Shown here: positions 1 to 10,113 of the stretch, piece by piece
Layout: the number at the start of each line of letters is the position of its first letter
Position numbering within the stretch: the stretch's first letter is position 1
Source: a virus
Virus record (IMG/VR): IMGVR_UViG_3300027804_000046
Span: 72,550-136,549 of that record
Reading direction: 5' to 3' (one strand)
DNA length: 64,000 nucleotides
Notes under the pieces: model-generated
Database searches by the model: none
What the model saw: only the letters and a program-made list of their open reading frames with translations
What the model was told of the DNA's origin: nothing
Translations under genes and position numbers: made by a program

Positions 1-2
1 AA

Positions 3-170
3 GGCACTATAATTTGGGACACTGCACAGCCAAATGGCACACCGCGCCGCGCACTAGATACTAGCAAGATGGATGCACTTGGTTGGAAAGCCAAGACTTC
101 ACTTGAAGATGGATTGAAAATGACAATTGATTGGTTCTTAGAGAATAGGAAAACATATGACCGCGTATAA
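3..170 (+). CDS. C-terminal fragment of GDP-L-fucose synthase/ColC-like NAD(P)-dependent epimerase-reductase (truncated by window start)
   Basis: Frame 3 reads IIWDTAQPNGTPRRALDTSKMDALGWKAKTSLEDGLKMTIDWF, typical WcaG/Fcl C-terminus; TAA at 168-170. Confidence 0.8.
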   Translation, partial: GTIIWDTAQPNGTPRRALDTSKMDALGWKAKTSLEDGLKMTIDWFLENRKTYDRV

Positions 171-1335
171 ATGGCCATTGATGAAGGACACACTGACTTG
201 GTGCGACAGATGGAACTTGGCCAAGTTCGTGATGACTACAGACAAGTTCACTCAAGGCAAAAAGGTCGAAGAGTTTGAGAATGCTTGGTCAGAATGGCTT
301 GGTGTTAAGTATTCTTTGTTTGTAACGTCTGGCAGCACAGCAAACTTCTTGTTGCTTGATGCTGTCAAAGAATTATACTTCAAGAATAAGAAGAAGGTCA
401 AGGTTCTCGTACCCGCGTGTACATGGGTAACGAATATCAATCCTGTTATGCAACTTGGCATGGAACCAATCTTTTGCGATATCAATCTAGATAATTATAG
501 TTTTGATTTAGACAATGCTGCGGAGATTGCAAAGAAGCATAAGATTGATATTGTGTTCACGACACATTTGCTTGGACTTCCTGCTCCTACTTTTTCTCTT
601 AGATCCATATTTCCAAAAGCAATCATGTTAGAAGATGTTTGCGAAAGTCATGGTGTAAAAGATATATTTGGTCATAAAGTTGGTTCAAGGTCAAACGGTT
701 CTACATTCAGTTTCTACTTTGGTCATCATATGTCTACAGTTGAAGGCGGCATGGTTTGTACCAACAACCTTGCTCTATATGATTTAATGCGTATGAAGCG
801 TTCACATGGCATGTCTCGCGTATCGATGATTTCTGAGTCGTATGCAGAAAAGCATCCTGATATTGATCCACAGTTTCTATTTGTAACTGCTGGATATAAC
901 TTCCGCAATACAGAACTCGGCGCTGTTCTTGGTCTATCACAGTTGAAGAAACTTGATGGCTTTATTGATCAACGTAGAAAGAACTATGCAAAGTTTATTA
1001 ATATTATGCTTATAGACGGTAGAGACAAGTTTTATGTGCCTGGTGGCGGATATATTGAAGAAGGTAATAGTTCATTTTGTTTTCCGTTGATCGCAAAAAC
1101 GCCATACATTAAAGATCAAGTGATTAGACGATTGAAAATGAACTTCATCGAATATCGTCCTGTTGTTGGCGGTAACTTGCTTCGTCAACCTTACATGAAA
1201 GGCCATAGCATCGCATGTAAAGATGGACCATACAACGCTGATATCGTCCATGAGAATGGCATCTATATAGGTAATAACCAATTCGTTGGTGATAGAGAAC
1301 TAAAGATACTTGAAGATATTATTAGGAGTTTGTGA
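157..1335 (+). CDS. DegT/DnrJ family PLP enzyme, ColD-like GDP-4-keto-6-deoxymannose 3-dehydratase
   Basis: SGSTAN, EDVCESHG, and FSFYFGHHMSTVEGG with His where aminotransferases have the catalytic Lys. Confidence 0.8.
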   Translation: MTAYKWPLMKDTLTWCDRWNLAKFVMTTDKFTQGKKVEEFENAWSEWLGVKYSLFVTSGSTANFLLLDAVKELYFKNKKKVKVLVPACTWVTNINPVMQLGMEPIFCDINLDNYSFDLDNAAEIAKKHKIDIVFTTHLLGLPAPTFSLRSIFPKAIMLEDVCESHGVKDIFGHKVGSRSNGSTFSFYFGHHMSTVEGGMVCTNNLALYDLMRMKRSHGMSRVSMISESYAEKHPDIDPQFLFVTAGYNFRNTELGAVLGLSQLKKLDGFIDQRRKNYAKFINIMLIDGRDKFYVPGGGYIEEGNSSFCFPLIAKTPYIKDQVIRRLKMNFIEYRPVVGGNLLRQPYMKGHSIACKDGPYNADIVHENGIYIGNNQFVGDRELKILEDIIRSL

Positions 1336-1700
1336 TGAATAACAATAAGATTGTCTCTGAAATGTTGGATATGATTTTGAAGGAGCATGTGTATGACATT
1401 CTCAGTCGTCAGTGTTTAACTTTTAATCCACCTCCCGATTACGCTGCATCTGATAGTATTGGTGAAGTCCTAGAGAAGCTGGCCATTCTTCACATTCGCA
1501 CATGGCATCTTGAAGATGCCATGCAGGCCGCAAAGTCTGATGAAGAACTGGCTGATCTAAAGCGCAAAGTCGATATCTGTTTCAAGGTCAAACGTCCTAA
1601 GTTGGTTGCTGCATTAAACGCCATGATTGATGATGCTATCGTTCGCAATAAATCTCTGCGTGAAGAATCGGTAAAGCTTTATAAGGGCGTCAAAGAGTGA
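1332..1700 (+). CDS. Hypothetical helical protein (DUF4254-like)
   Basis: SIGEVLEKLAILHIRTWHLED motif; coupled to neighbouring genes. Confidence 0.5.
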   Translation: MMNNNKIVSEMLDMILKEHVYDILSRQCLTFNPPPDYAASDSIGEVLEKLAILHIRTWHLEDAMQAAKSDEELADLKRKVDICFKVKRPKLVAALNAMIDDAIVRNKSLREESVKLYKGVKE

Positions 1701-2566
1701 CCAAGCTTTGTTTCTTCAACTTCTATCATAATGGTGATTTGTTTCATAGCAAGCCATTTGTTCGTGAAGTCATCAAGCATCTTGGCAAAGAGAAAGTCAT
1801 GTATGCACACAACAAAGACCCTCGCGCAATCGAAGACTTAGGATTGCCACATGTTCGTCTTGAAGGCATATCAGATAAGGTAAAGATATTCAGACCAAAA
1901 GATCCAGATATTCTGTTTGTGAATACTTGGATCGGTTCTTACTTTGACAAGTATACTGGTGAATGCACACTCAACTTCAACATGAAGATGTGGGCAGATA
2001 TCTATGAAGATATCAATACGACATTCAAGAAAAAGATGAAGCTTGGTCCAGTGGAAAACTATTTGCCGTATGTTGATTACAGCAAGTATAATCTAGCTAA
2101 TGCTCGTTCTTTTATTGACAGCGAACCAAGACCGAAGATATTGTTCTGCAATGGACCAGCTATGTCTGGTCAGTGTCAATATAATGGTGACATGAGAGAG
2201 ATAATTGGACCCCTCGCAGCACAGCATGAGAACAAGGTATTTCTTACAACTCATAAGCTAGATAATATCTGGTCAAATGTCATGTACACTGGAGATATCA
2301 TTCAGTCTGATAGATGTGATCTAAACGAGATTGCATATCTTTCTAAGTTTTGCAGCCTCATCATTGGCAAGAACTCTGGTCCATTCTGCTATGCTTCTAC
2401 TGGTGAAAACTTGAATGATCCTAACAAGACGTTCTATGCATTCGGTCATCAGGAATCAGATTGCTTCACGATGGGTATTCCAAAGAAGTCAAACTATATA
2501 TTTGAGAAGTATGAAAGTCCAGGACAGCTTTATGCTTCAATCAGAAATCTAGTAGAGAAGGCATGA
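1697..2566 (+). CDS. Hypothetical protein, possible glycosyltransferase
   Basis: 289 aa ORF in sugar cluster; HNGDLF and LIIGKNSGP motifs resemble GT-B fold enzymes. Confidence 0.45.
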   Translation: MTKLCFFNFYHNGDLFHSKPFVREVIKHLGKEKVMYAHNKDPRAIEDLGLPHVRLEGISDKVKIFRPKDPDILFVNTWIGSYFDKYTGECTLNFNMKMWADIYEDINTTFKKKMKLGPVENYLPYVDYSKYNLANARSFIDSEPRPKILFCNGPAMSGQCQYNGDMREIIGPLAAQHENKVFLTTHKLDNIWSNVMYTGDIIQSDRCDLNEIAYLSKFCSLIIGKNSGPFCYASTGENLNDPNKTFYAFGHQESDCFTMGIPKKSNYIFEKYESPGQLYASIRNLVEKA

Positions 2567-2769
2567 CAAACTCAATCTGTACAAAGGTATGTGAATATGA
2601 CAGTGAAGGATCATATAGAAGCGACGAAGAGAAAACTTGCCGAGGCTGCGGCCGCACGGCGTCAGAAATTACGGAATGGTTCTACGCGACCAGAGAACGC
2701 AAAGTCGAAATTGCCAAAGCAGCAAGGGCGCGGACAAAAGCCAAACGTGAGGCCGACAGGCAGGGGTAG
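2563..2769 (+). CDS. DUF1289-like small Cys-rich (Fe-S) protein
   Basis: SICTKVC...CRGCGRTASEITEW. Confidence 0.7.
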   Translation: MTNSICTKVCEYDSEGSYRSDEEKTCRGCGRTASEITEWFYATRERKVEIAKAARARTKAKREADRQG

Positions 2770-2772
2770 ATA

Positions 2773-3765
2773 ATGAATAAAGTGCCCATAAGAGTTATTA
2801 GACGCGAAAACTATGATGTCGAAAGATATCACAATACGTGGTTTAACCTATTTTTGAATCGTTTATCAAATGATTTTGATGTTGAATACTTAAATTGTCA
2901 AGAAGATGTCGTTTTCATTAGAGAGTTCTTTTATGGAGAAGAAAAAGGATATCCAATATCTGATGTTGATATGATTTTGGAAAACAAACTGAACGGTGAA
3001 ATTTGTTGCATATCGTTTACTGAATACTTCAATTCTTCTATTGTACATTACATGAAAAATCCAAGATTCAAGTCAATGATACTTGTGCATTTTAACTATC
3101 ATCATTTATACTACTGGACAAAAAGAGATGATGTTGAGAACAAAATGAATAAGGTAAAACCTTGGATTTTTCCAGTTTATAATGAGTTTGATGTTGATCG
3201 TTATCGTGTTCTAAGAGATAATTCGGATCTAAGTGAAAAACTGTTTTTTAAAGGTTCGGGACTGGATAGCTACAGAATTGCCGTAAGATACCTATGTGAA
3301 CAGAACATTATAGATTCATCAACGCACTCTCTAGATGACTATTTGCAAATCATGGCAAAAAGTAAGATAGCTTTAGGCTACTATCAAGACTTAGATAAGT
3401 ACGTTACACCTTTTGACTATCCTGGCGAATTTTGTTACAGAGATATGGAATATATTTCTATAGGTGTACCATTCATTCGGATTGAATATAGAGATAGTAT
3501 CTTTAACGGTCTTTATCCTAACTATCATTACATTTCAATAAATCGAGAAGTTGCTTATAGTGCATTTGAGAATTATGGAAATGAAGGCGTAGCAAAACTC
3601 ATAAGGGATAAGTATGAAGAAGTAAAAGACGATAGATATTTGTTGGACTTTATTTCAAAGAACCAACGAGAATATTACGATAACTATGTAAGATGGCCAA
3701 ATTCTGCAATTCTCGCATACAAACAACTTGGCTTGAACGATTGGTTAGATATGGAGAAGAAGTAG
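2773..3765 (+). CDS. Hypothetical protein, possible glycosyltransferase
   Basis: 330 aa ORF; GEFCYRDMEYISIGVP resembles GT-B C-terminal motifs. Confidence 0.45.
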   Translation: MNKVPIRVIRRENYDVERYHNTWFNLFLNRLSNDFDVEYLNCQEDVVFIREFFYGEEKGYPISDVDMILENKLNGEICCISFTEYFNSSIVHYMKNPRFKSMILVHFNYHHLYYWTKRDDVENKMNKVKPWIFPVYNEFDVDRYRVLRDNSDLSEKLFFKGSGLDSYRIAVRYLCEQNIIDSSTHSLDDYLQIMAKSKIALGYYQDLDKYVTPFDYPGEFCYRDMEYISIGVPFIRIEYRDSIFNGLYPNYHYISINREVAYSAFENYGNEGVAKLIRDKYEEVKDDRYLLDFISKNQREYYDNYVRWPNSAILAYKQLGLNDWLDMEKK

Positions 3766-3766
3766 A

Positions 3767-4372
3767 ATGTCAGAAATCACAGGTCATACAGAGTATAAAA
3801 ATTTAACCTCACAGCAACATAAAAATTTTTATGGTGTTTTTGAAAAGTTTATCAGTGATATTAAACCAGAAAGAATACTTGAAATAGGAACCGCAGGTGG
3901 TGGCACAACTCTTGCACTAAACGATATCATGTTAAGCATGAATAAAACAAATCGAATAAGAAGTTATGAGGTTAACGATAGTCCGTATTACAAAAAACTA
4001 TATTCTGCTGGAATTGATCTTCGTATAGAAAACATTTTCAATCATGAATATAACAAGTTAAGAAATGATACCAAAGAAAATGTTGTAGAATACATTCAGC
4101 GGCCAGGCACAACGTTAATTCTATGTGATGGTGGTCATAAGATTGGTGAGTTCAATGAACTATCAAGATATCTTAAAGTTGGTGACTATATAATGGCACA
4201 TGATTATGCTGAGTCTCAAGAATATTTTTATGCTAACATAAAAAATAAGATTTGGGATTGGTGTGAAATAACCGAAGAACACATCAAAGAAGCATCAGAA
4301 ATGTATAATCTCAAAAGATACATGGCAGAAGAATTTCAGTCTATTGTTTGGGTGTGTAAAGTTAAAGAATAA
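3767..4372 (+). CDS. Class I SAM-dependent methyltransferase
   Basis: ILEIGTAGGGT, ILCDGGH, MAHDY motifs. Confidence 0.75.
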   Translation: MSEITGHTEYKNLTSQQHKNFYGVFEKFISDIKPERILEIGTAGGGTTLALNDIMLSMNKTNRIRSYEVNDSPYYKKLYSAGIDLRIENIFNHEYNKLRNDTKENVVEYIQRPGTTLILCDGGHKIGEFNELSRYLKVGDYIMAHDYAESQEYFYANIKNKIWDWCEITEEHIKEASEMYNLKRYMAEEFQSIVWVCKVKE

Positions 4373-4387
4373 TTTTTGAGGTAGATA

Positions 4388-5086
4388 ATGACAGACATTA
4401 AAACATTTGGACTTTTTCCTGTGCCTGTTAGTATGGCAAACTTCGGTGAAGATTCTAAAGAATTGAATGAGAGTTTGATTGCAGATATTTTTTCTGAACA
4501 AGCAATGAACCCTATTCCTGCAGGCAGATCAGCCATAGATGGATGGCAGTCTGATGGAAACATGGATGAAAAATATGAGAGTTTTGCCATTCTTCGTGAG
4601 AATATCAAGACTATAATATACTCATTATTACCAAGTTATGGATTTGCTTATGATGGTTCATATGATGATATCTTTGACTGCGGTATGCTATGGGCAAATA
4701 CATTAACACAACACTCGGCATATCATATACCACATATTCATGGAACAGGTGAGACACTATTCTCAGGTGTATATTATCCCACATCTGGACTAACATCACA
4801 ACATGAAGACTATTATCCAGAGGAAGATTATAGTGATGTAGAAATACGAGCATCCTCTGTTCCTGAATCTGGCGATCTTTTCCTGTTTGATCCTGCTGCT
4901 GCACAAAAACGCCAAGTTATTCCTGCGTTTGTTCAAAGATATCCATATTATGGTTCAGAGATTTGCATTCGTCCAAAGAAGGCACATCTCATTATCTTTC
5001 CTAACTATCTAACTCATATGGTTGCGCCAATAAGACTAAACGGTTTTTGCAGATTGAGCATTTCATTTAGTCTGAGAAAGAAATGA
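4388..5086 (+). CDS. 2OG-Fe(II) oxygenase (TIGR02466-like)
   Basis: LFPVPV start, HIPHIH, FSGVYY, IIFPNYLTHMV, RLSISF motifs. Confidence 0.8.
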   Translation: MTDIKTFGLFPVPVSMANFGEDSKELNESLIADIFSEQAMNPIPAGRSAIDGWQSDGNMDEKYESFAILRENIKTIIYSLLPSYGFAYDGSYDDIFDCGMLWANTLTQHSAYHIPHIHGTGETLFSGVYYPTSGLTSQHEDYYPEEDYSDVEIRASSVPESGDLFLFDPAAAQKRQVIPAFVQRYPYYGSEICIRPKKAHLIIFPNYLTHMVAPIRLNGFCRLSISFSLRKK

Positions 5087-6774
5087 ACGACTTCACATTA
5101 GTTACTGGTCTATGGGATATTAAAAGAGGTGATCTAACAGATTTTAATCGTTCGTTTGATCATTACTTGGAAAACTTTGACAGGTTGTTATCATTAGATT
5201 TCAACATGTGCGTATATGTTCCTAATGAACTTAGAAGATTTGTTGACATGCGAAGACTGTCGGCAAATACTAAAATCTATATCAAAGAACTGGAAGAGTT
5301 TCGACAGAACTTTGAGTTTTTCAAAACAACTAATGAAATAAGAATAAAAGAGTCCTGGTACAGCAGAGCAGAGTGGCTAAGAAACTCTCCTCAAGCTAAA
5401 CTTGAATACTACAATCCTATCGTAATGTCTAAGTATTTTATGATTCATGACTGTTCTATTTTTAATCCATTCAATACAAACTATTTCTTTTGGATCGATG
5501 GCGGACTAACTAATACAGTAGACTTAGGACAGTTAAGAAATCTTTCAACGATAAAAGAGTATGTTAAGTCTGTCAATGACAAACTATTGTTTTTATCTTA
5601 TCCTTATGAGAACGAAAATGAAGTTCACGGATTTGAGAGTTCTAAGTTTGCAGAATATTGCGGTGTAGAGAAAACGACATATGTTTGTCGTGGTGGTTTT
5701 TTTGGTGGACATAAAGATAAGATAAAGAGGTTCAATGGTGAATATTATACCATAATGAGAGAAACACTTTCTTCTGGCTATATGGGAACAGAAGAAAACT
5801 TTAATACCATCTTATCATATAAACACCCAGAAGAAATACACAACTTTAAACTGGACTCTAGCGGTCTAGTATATCCATTTTTTGAACATCTATCAACTAT
5901 CAAGAAAGAGTCGAGATCCAATTCTGATCTTATTCCATGGGACAAGCATAAGCAGATTGAAGATATAAAAACATCTCTGTATGTTTTGACTTTTAATAGT
6001 CCAGAACAGTTTAAGACTTTGATAGAGACTTATGAAAAGAATGATCCATTGTTCTTGACAAAGACGCGCAAGATACTGATTGATAACTCAACAAACAAAA
6101 CAACATATTCAACATACAACGAATTGTGTAGAAAATATGGATTTGAACATATAAAGAAAGAAGAAAATCTTGGTATATGTGGAGCAAGACAATATGTTGC
6201 TGAACACTTCAATGAGAGCGACTCGGAATATTATATCTTCTTAGAAGATGATATGAACCTTGGTGATAAAACAGAAGAACTATGTGTATCAGGATATAAG
6301 AAGTGGATAGATGATCTATATTACAAATCTCTTGCAATCATACACAAAAACAAGTATGATTATTTGAAATTGTCGTATAGTGAATTTTACGGAAACAATA
6401 CTACTCAATGGGCATGGTATAACGTTCCGCAGAATGTAAGAGAAGAATATTTTCCAGATAAAAGTAGTTTACCAGAACAAGGATTAGATTCTGACGCGCC
6501 AAAGACGGAAATCTTTCGAGAGAAGAGATATAAAGACTTGAAGTATCTTGAGGGTAATTTTCACTACTGTAACTGGCCACTTTGGTTTTCCAAAGAAGGT
6601 AATCAGAAAGTATTCCTTGATATAAAGTGGGAAAGACCCTACGAACAAACATGGATGAGTAATGTTTTCCAAATGCAAAAGCAAGGAAAGATAAAGTGTG
6701 CAACATTGGAATTAAGTCCAATATTCCATCATCGATTTGATTTTTATGCTGATGAGGAACGAAAAGAGTCTTGA
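5083..6774 (+). CDS. HtrL/YibB-family glycosyltransferase fused to a GT-A-like domain
   Basis: TLVTGLWDIKR, NPFNTNYFFWIDGG, GGFFGG; C-terminal YIFLEDD (DxD-like). Confidence 0.7.
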   Translation: MNDFTLVTGLWDIKRGDLTDFNRSFDHYLENFDRLLSLDFNMCVYVPNELRRFVDMRRLSANTKIYIKELEEFRQNFEFFKTTNEIRIKESWYSRAEWLRNSPQAKLEYYNPIVMSKYFMIHDCSIFNPFNTNYFFWIDGGLTNTVDLGQLRNLSTIKEYVKSVNDKLLFLSYPYENENEVHGFESSKFAEYCGVEKTTYVCRGGFFGGHKDKIKRFNGEYYTIMRETLSSGYMGTEENFNTILSYKHPEEIHNFKLDSSGLVYPFFEHLSTIKKESRSNSDLIPWDKHKQIEDIKTSLYVLTFNSPEQFKTLIETYEKNDPLFLTKTRKILIDNSTNKTTYSTYNELCRKYGFEHIKKEENLGICGARQYVAEHFNESDSEYYIFLEDDMNLGDKTEELCVSGYKKWIDDLYYKSLAIIHKNKYDYLKLSYSEFYGNNTTQWAWYNVPQNVREEYFPDKSSLPEQGLDSDAPKTEIFREKRYKDLKYLEGNFHYCNWPLWFSKEGNQKVFLDIKWERPYEQTWMSNVFQMQKQGKIKCATLELSPIFHHRFDFYADEERKES

Positions 6775-6798
6775 CAACTTGGCTGGATATGCTAATAT
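6771..6798 (+). promoter_or_regulatory. sigma70-type promoter
   Basis: TTGACA followed after about 16 nt by TAATAT, upstream of a small ORF and tRNA-Gly. Confidence 0.5.
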
Positions 6799-6830
6799 GT
6801 CCATACTAACAAACACACAGAGGAACACAA

Positions 6831-7061
6831 ATGCCTACTTTTGAACAAACGGTTTATGTTGATGTAGATGCCGATGATTTTGATGATGACGATCTGATTG
6901 ACGAACTAGAAAGACGCGGTTATACTGTTACTAAAGATCCTGCCGCAGATGCTTGTTTCGTTGATGTTGCTTGGCATATTGAACGTGGAAATTTAAAGGA
7001 AGCGTTGATCCTTCTTGAACGTGAATTGCCTGAACTAAAGGGTATCTCTAGACTGAACTAA
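6831..7061 (+). CDS. Hypothetical acidic protein
   Basis: ORF with GAGG RBS. Confidence 0.6.
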   Translation: MPTFEQTVYVDVDADDFDDDDLIDELERRGYTVTKDPAADACFVDVAWHIERGNLKEALILLERELPELKGISRLN

Positions 7062-7072
7062 ATACAAACAAT

Positions 7073-7146
7073 GCGGGGTTGGTATATGGGTTGTGCCCTA
7101 GCCTTCCAAGCTAGTGAAACGAGTTCGAATCTCGTACTCCGCTCCA
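7073..7146 (+). tRNA. tRNA-Gly(TCC)
   Basis: Cloverleaf; CTAGC-CTTCCAA-GCTAG anticodon arm; TTCGAAT T-loop; CCA. Confidence 0.92.
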
Positions 7147-7166
7147 ATTTTATAATGAGGTGATAC

Positions 7167-7406
7167 ATGCTTTGGCTTATCGTTTTGAATACCATGATGA
7201 ATGACGGCACTCTCTACACCGACATTCGCACTCCAAACAAACCAGAATTTAACAATGAACAGTCTTGCAAGGAAGCAGGACAAATTCTTGTTGATCAGTT
7301 GCAACTTGAAGTCGGCACAAACGCTGGTCGCACATACTACATCTGCAAGGCAATTCCATTTGAGGACATTACGGCAGCCATCGGTAAGGGTGGAAGCGGC
7401 ACCTGA
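7167..7406 (+). CDS. Hypothetical small protein
   Basis: ORF with GAGGTG RBS, hydrophobic N-terminus, two Cys. Confidence 0.55.
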   Translation: MLWLIVLNTMMNDGTLYTDIRTPNKPEFNNEQSCKEAGQILVDQLQLEVGTNAGRTYYICKAIPFEDITAAIGKGGSGT

Positions 7407-7418
7407 TTTGACATTTAA

Positions 7419-8174
7419 ATGAAGAAAAAGGTTAAACACTACAACTCGATTTTCATATCAGACATTCACTTGGGTAGTGAGGGTTCACAGGCTGATATTG
7501 TCAATTCTTTTTTAAAGTATCATTCATGTGATAATCTTTTTCTTGTCGGCGACATCATAGACGGTTGGAAGTTAAGAAAGCGAGTATATTGGCCACAGTC
7601 ACACTCGCTCGTTATTCGCCAGATAATCAATAAGCAAAGACACGGTTCTAACGTTGTTTATCTGACAGGCAATCATGATGAGTTTTTAAGAGATTGGACC
7701 GATATCTCAATTGATATTGAGTCTATTGAAATTAAAGACATGCACGACTATCAAGCATTGAACGGTAAAAGATATTTGATTGTTCATGGTGATTTGTTTG
7801 ATGGTGTGCATAAGGTAGCAAAATGGTTGAGTTACCTAGGCGATAATGCATATACTGTCCTTTTGAAGTTGAATCATTACTACAACAAACTAAGACACTT
7901 ATTTGGATTTGGATACTGGAGTTTATCTGCGTATCTTAAATCTAATGTAAAAGGTGCTGTCAATTTCATTTTTGATTTTGAAAGCACTCTTTCCGATTAT
8001 TGCAAATCTCAAGGATATGATGGTGTTATTTGCGGTCATATACATACTGCTGTAATTAAGCAAATCAATGGAGTCGAATATATGAACTCTGGTGATTGGG
8101 TTGAAAGTTGTACAGCACTTGTAGAAAATATGGACGGATCTTGGGAGATTGTTAATTGGACTTCAAAAGAATAG
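7419..8174 (+). CDS. plcP: Metallophosphoesterase, PlcP/LpxH2-like phospholipase C
   Basis: ISDIHLG, VGDIIDGW, GNHDEFLR, HGDLFDG, CGHIH, NSGDWVESCTALVE. Confidence 0.75.
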   Translation: MKKKVKHYNSIFISDIHLGSEGSQADIVNSFLKYHSCDNLFLVGDIIDGWKLRKRVYWPQSHSLVIRQIINKQRHGSNVVYLTGNHDEFLRDWTDISIDIESIEIKDMHDYQALNGKRYLIVHGDLFDGVHKVAKWLSYLGDNAYTVLLKLNHYYNKLRHLFGFGYWSLSAYLKSNVKGAVNFIFDFESTLSDYCKSQGYDGVICGHIHTAVIKQINGVEYMNSGDWVESCTALVENMDGSWEIVNWTSKE

Positions 8175-9160
8175 TTATCGTAACCGATGCTTGGGAACCA
8201 CAAGTCAGTGGTGTTGTCACTACACTCAAGAAAATGGTAGAGTTTGCTAAGAAAGATGGATACGATATCGTTGTTATTCATCCTGGCTTGTTTAAGAGTA
8301 AATTTTACTTTAAAGTTTATCCTGAAATACCATTTACTATTCCTTTTGGATTGTCTAAGCATCTCAAATATAAAACAGATACAGTTTATCATATCGCAAC
8401 TGAAGGACCATTAGGTCTTGCCGCTGCATTTATTTTAACGTTCAAGAATAGAAGATATACTACATCTTATCATACAGACTGGTCAAAACTTATGAAAGAT
8501 GTGGGCGGTATTCCTGAATGGATTACCAGGGCTTACATTAAGTGGTTTCATAGAAAACGTAAAGTCTTTTGTCCCACTGAAACAATCAAACGGTTTATGA
8601 TTGACAATAAAATTGGTCGCAGACAGATTATCTGGCCAAGAGGTGTTGATCCAGAAATCTTTACGCCTAGAATAAAAGCATCTCTAAAAGGTACTAAAAT
8701 TCTACTCTCTGTTGGCCGTATATCAAAAGAAAAAAATCTAGATGCTTTTTGCCAGTTGCCGAACAAATATAAAAAGATTGTTGTTGGTGATGGTCCATAC
8801 AAAGAAGAACTAGAAAGAAAATATCCTGATGTAATCTTTGTCGGTTATAAGTTTGGCGCAGAACTTGCAAACTATTATAGACAAGCAGATTGTTTTGTCT
8901 TTACCAGCAAAGCAGACACGTTTGGTGTTGTTATGATTGAGGCTATGTATTGTGGAACTCCTGTTGCTGCATATCCTGTTCAAGGTCCAATCGATGTGGT
9001 TGATAACAAGCACACAGGAATTTTAGATGAAAGTTTAGAGACGGCAATTAAAAAGTGCTTGACACTATCAAGAAAAAAGTGTAGTATTACAGCCAGAAAT
9101 AGTTGGTCTTGGGACACCGTTTGGTATACATTTGTGAACAACTTGGAAAAAGATAAATGA
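8156..9160 (+). CDS. agt: GT4 glycosyltransferase, Agt-like (diacylglycerol glycosyltransferase)
   Basis: IVTDAWEPQVSGVV, HIATEGPLG, VGRISKEKN, DTFGVVMIEA; directly follows the plcP-like gene. Confidence 0.7.
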   Translation: MDFKRIVIVTDAWEPQVSGVVTTLKKMVEFAKKDGYDIVVIHPGLFKSKFYFKVYPEIPFTIPFGLSKHLKYKTDTVYHIATEGPLGLAAAFILTFKNRRYTTSYHTDWSKLMKDVGGIPEWITRAYIKWFHRKRKVFCPTETIKRFMIDNKIGRRQIIWPRGVDPEIFTPRIKASLKGTKILLSVGRISKEKNLDAFCQLPNKYKKIVVGDGPYKEELERKYPDVIFVGYKFGAELANYYRQADCFVFTSKADTFGVVMIEAMYCGTPVAAYPVQGPIDVVDNKHTGILDESLETAIKKCLTLSRKKCSITARNSWSWDTVWYTFVNNLEKDK

Positions 9161-9321
9161 AACACATCGAAGTAAGTGATTTCATAGAACATGAAGATGG
9201 TTCTGCTACCATTACTATCACAATGGATTACGAAATTATTCTCTTCTTTGCGAAGAAGTCCCTTCTTGCAACTTTAATTGAAGCGGCTAACGAGGCAAAA
9301 GAAGATGAAAGTCAAGATTAG
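9157..9321 (+). CDS. Hypothetical 54-aa protein
   Basis: MKHIEVSDFIEHEDGSATIT..., overlaps neighbouring genes. Confidence 0.5.
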   Translation: MKHIEVSDFIEHEDGSATITITMDYEIILFFAKKSLLATLIEAANEAKEDESQD

Positions 9322-9895
9322 TAAATATCCTACAGACAGATTGATATGTAGGATTCATGACCGTTACATGAACAAGAAGTACGGTCACGTTTGGCCTCAT
9401 CCTTCAACACCAACTAAGATTGAAAACTTCTTAGAGTTGATTGAAGGAATCATTCAGTCGTTCTATGACGTAACGATTAATCCTATCATCAGACATCGTA
9501 AGCGAAAGATTAGTGTTCGTATTGATGATTGGGATACCTGGAGTGCTGATGTTACTCTAGCCTACATCATTCATCCTATTCTTCTAAAGATTAAAGAAGG
9601 TAAGTTTGGCACTCCATACACCTATCGTGAAGATGCGCCCGATGATGTTATCTATGATGATCGCACCGAAGATGATGATTGGGATCGACCCTTTAACGCA
9701 ATGCGCTGGCATTATATTCTTGATGAGATGATTTTTGCCTTTGAGAAAATCAAAGACGGAGAATGGGACTTAGAAATCTACGAGAGACATAATGGTTGGA
9801 CTACCGAAGCCCTTGAGGAGCGTGATGAAATTCAAAAGCGTATTAACAACGGGCTTCGTCTCTTTGCTAAATATTATCAGAGTTTGTGGACATAA
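9305..9895 (+). CDS. Conserved T4-like phage hypothetical protein
   Basis: RIDDWDTWSADVTLAYII, WHYILDEMIFAF, GLRLFAKYYQSLW. Confidence 0.6.
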   Translation: MKVKISKYPTDRLICRIHDRYMNKKYGHVWPHPSTPTKIENFLELIEGIIQSFYDVTINPIIRHRKRKISVRIDDWDTWSADVTLAYIIHPILLKIKEGKFGTPYTYREDAPDDVIYDDRTEDDDWDRPFNAMRWHYILDEMIFAFEKIKDGEWDLEIYERHNGWTTEALEERDEIQKRINNGLRLFAKYYQSLWT

Positions 9896-9897
9896 AA

Positions 9898-10113
9898 ATG
9901 GCATGTAATTCGTGTAGCAATAATGATAGTTCGAACTCTCTCTTCCTGAAAGAGGGATCTTTCTATATTCTTGGACAATACGGCTCACGATATGACATGG
10001 AACTTTATGCTCTCAAAAGAGCCACATATTCTATCGGTGATATTTGTGATGATTGTGTGAGACAACTAATCAATGAAGGCGTTGCACAAAAAATACAGGA
10101 CGGAGTTTGGTGA
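9898..10113 (+). CDS. Hypothetical Cys-containing protein
   Basis: CxxC...CxxC ORF. Confidence 0.5.
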   Translation: MACNSCSNNDSSNSLFLKEGSFYILGQYGSRYDMELYALKRATYSIGDICDDCVRQLINEGVAQKIQDGVW

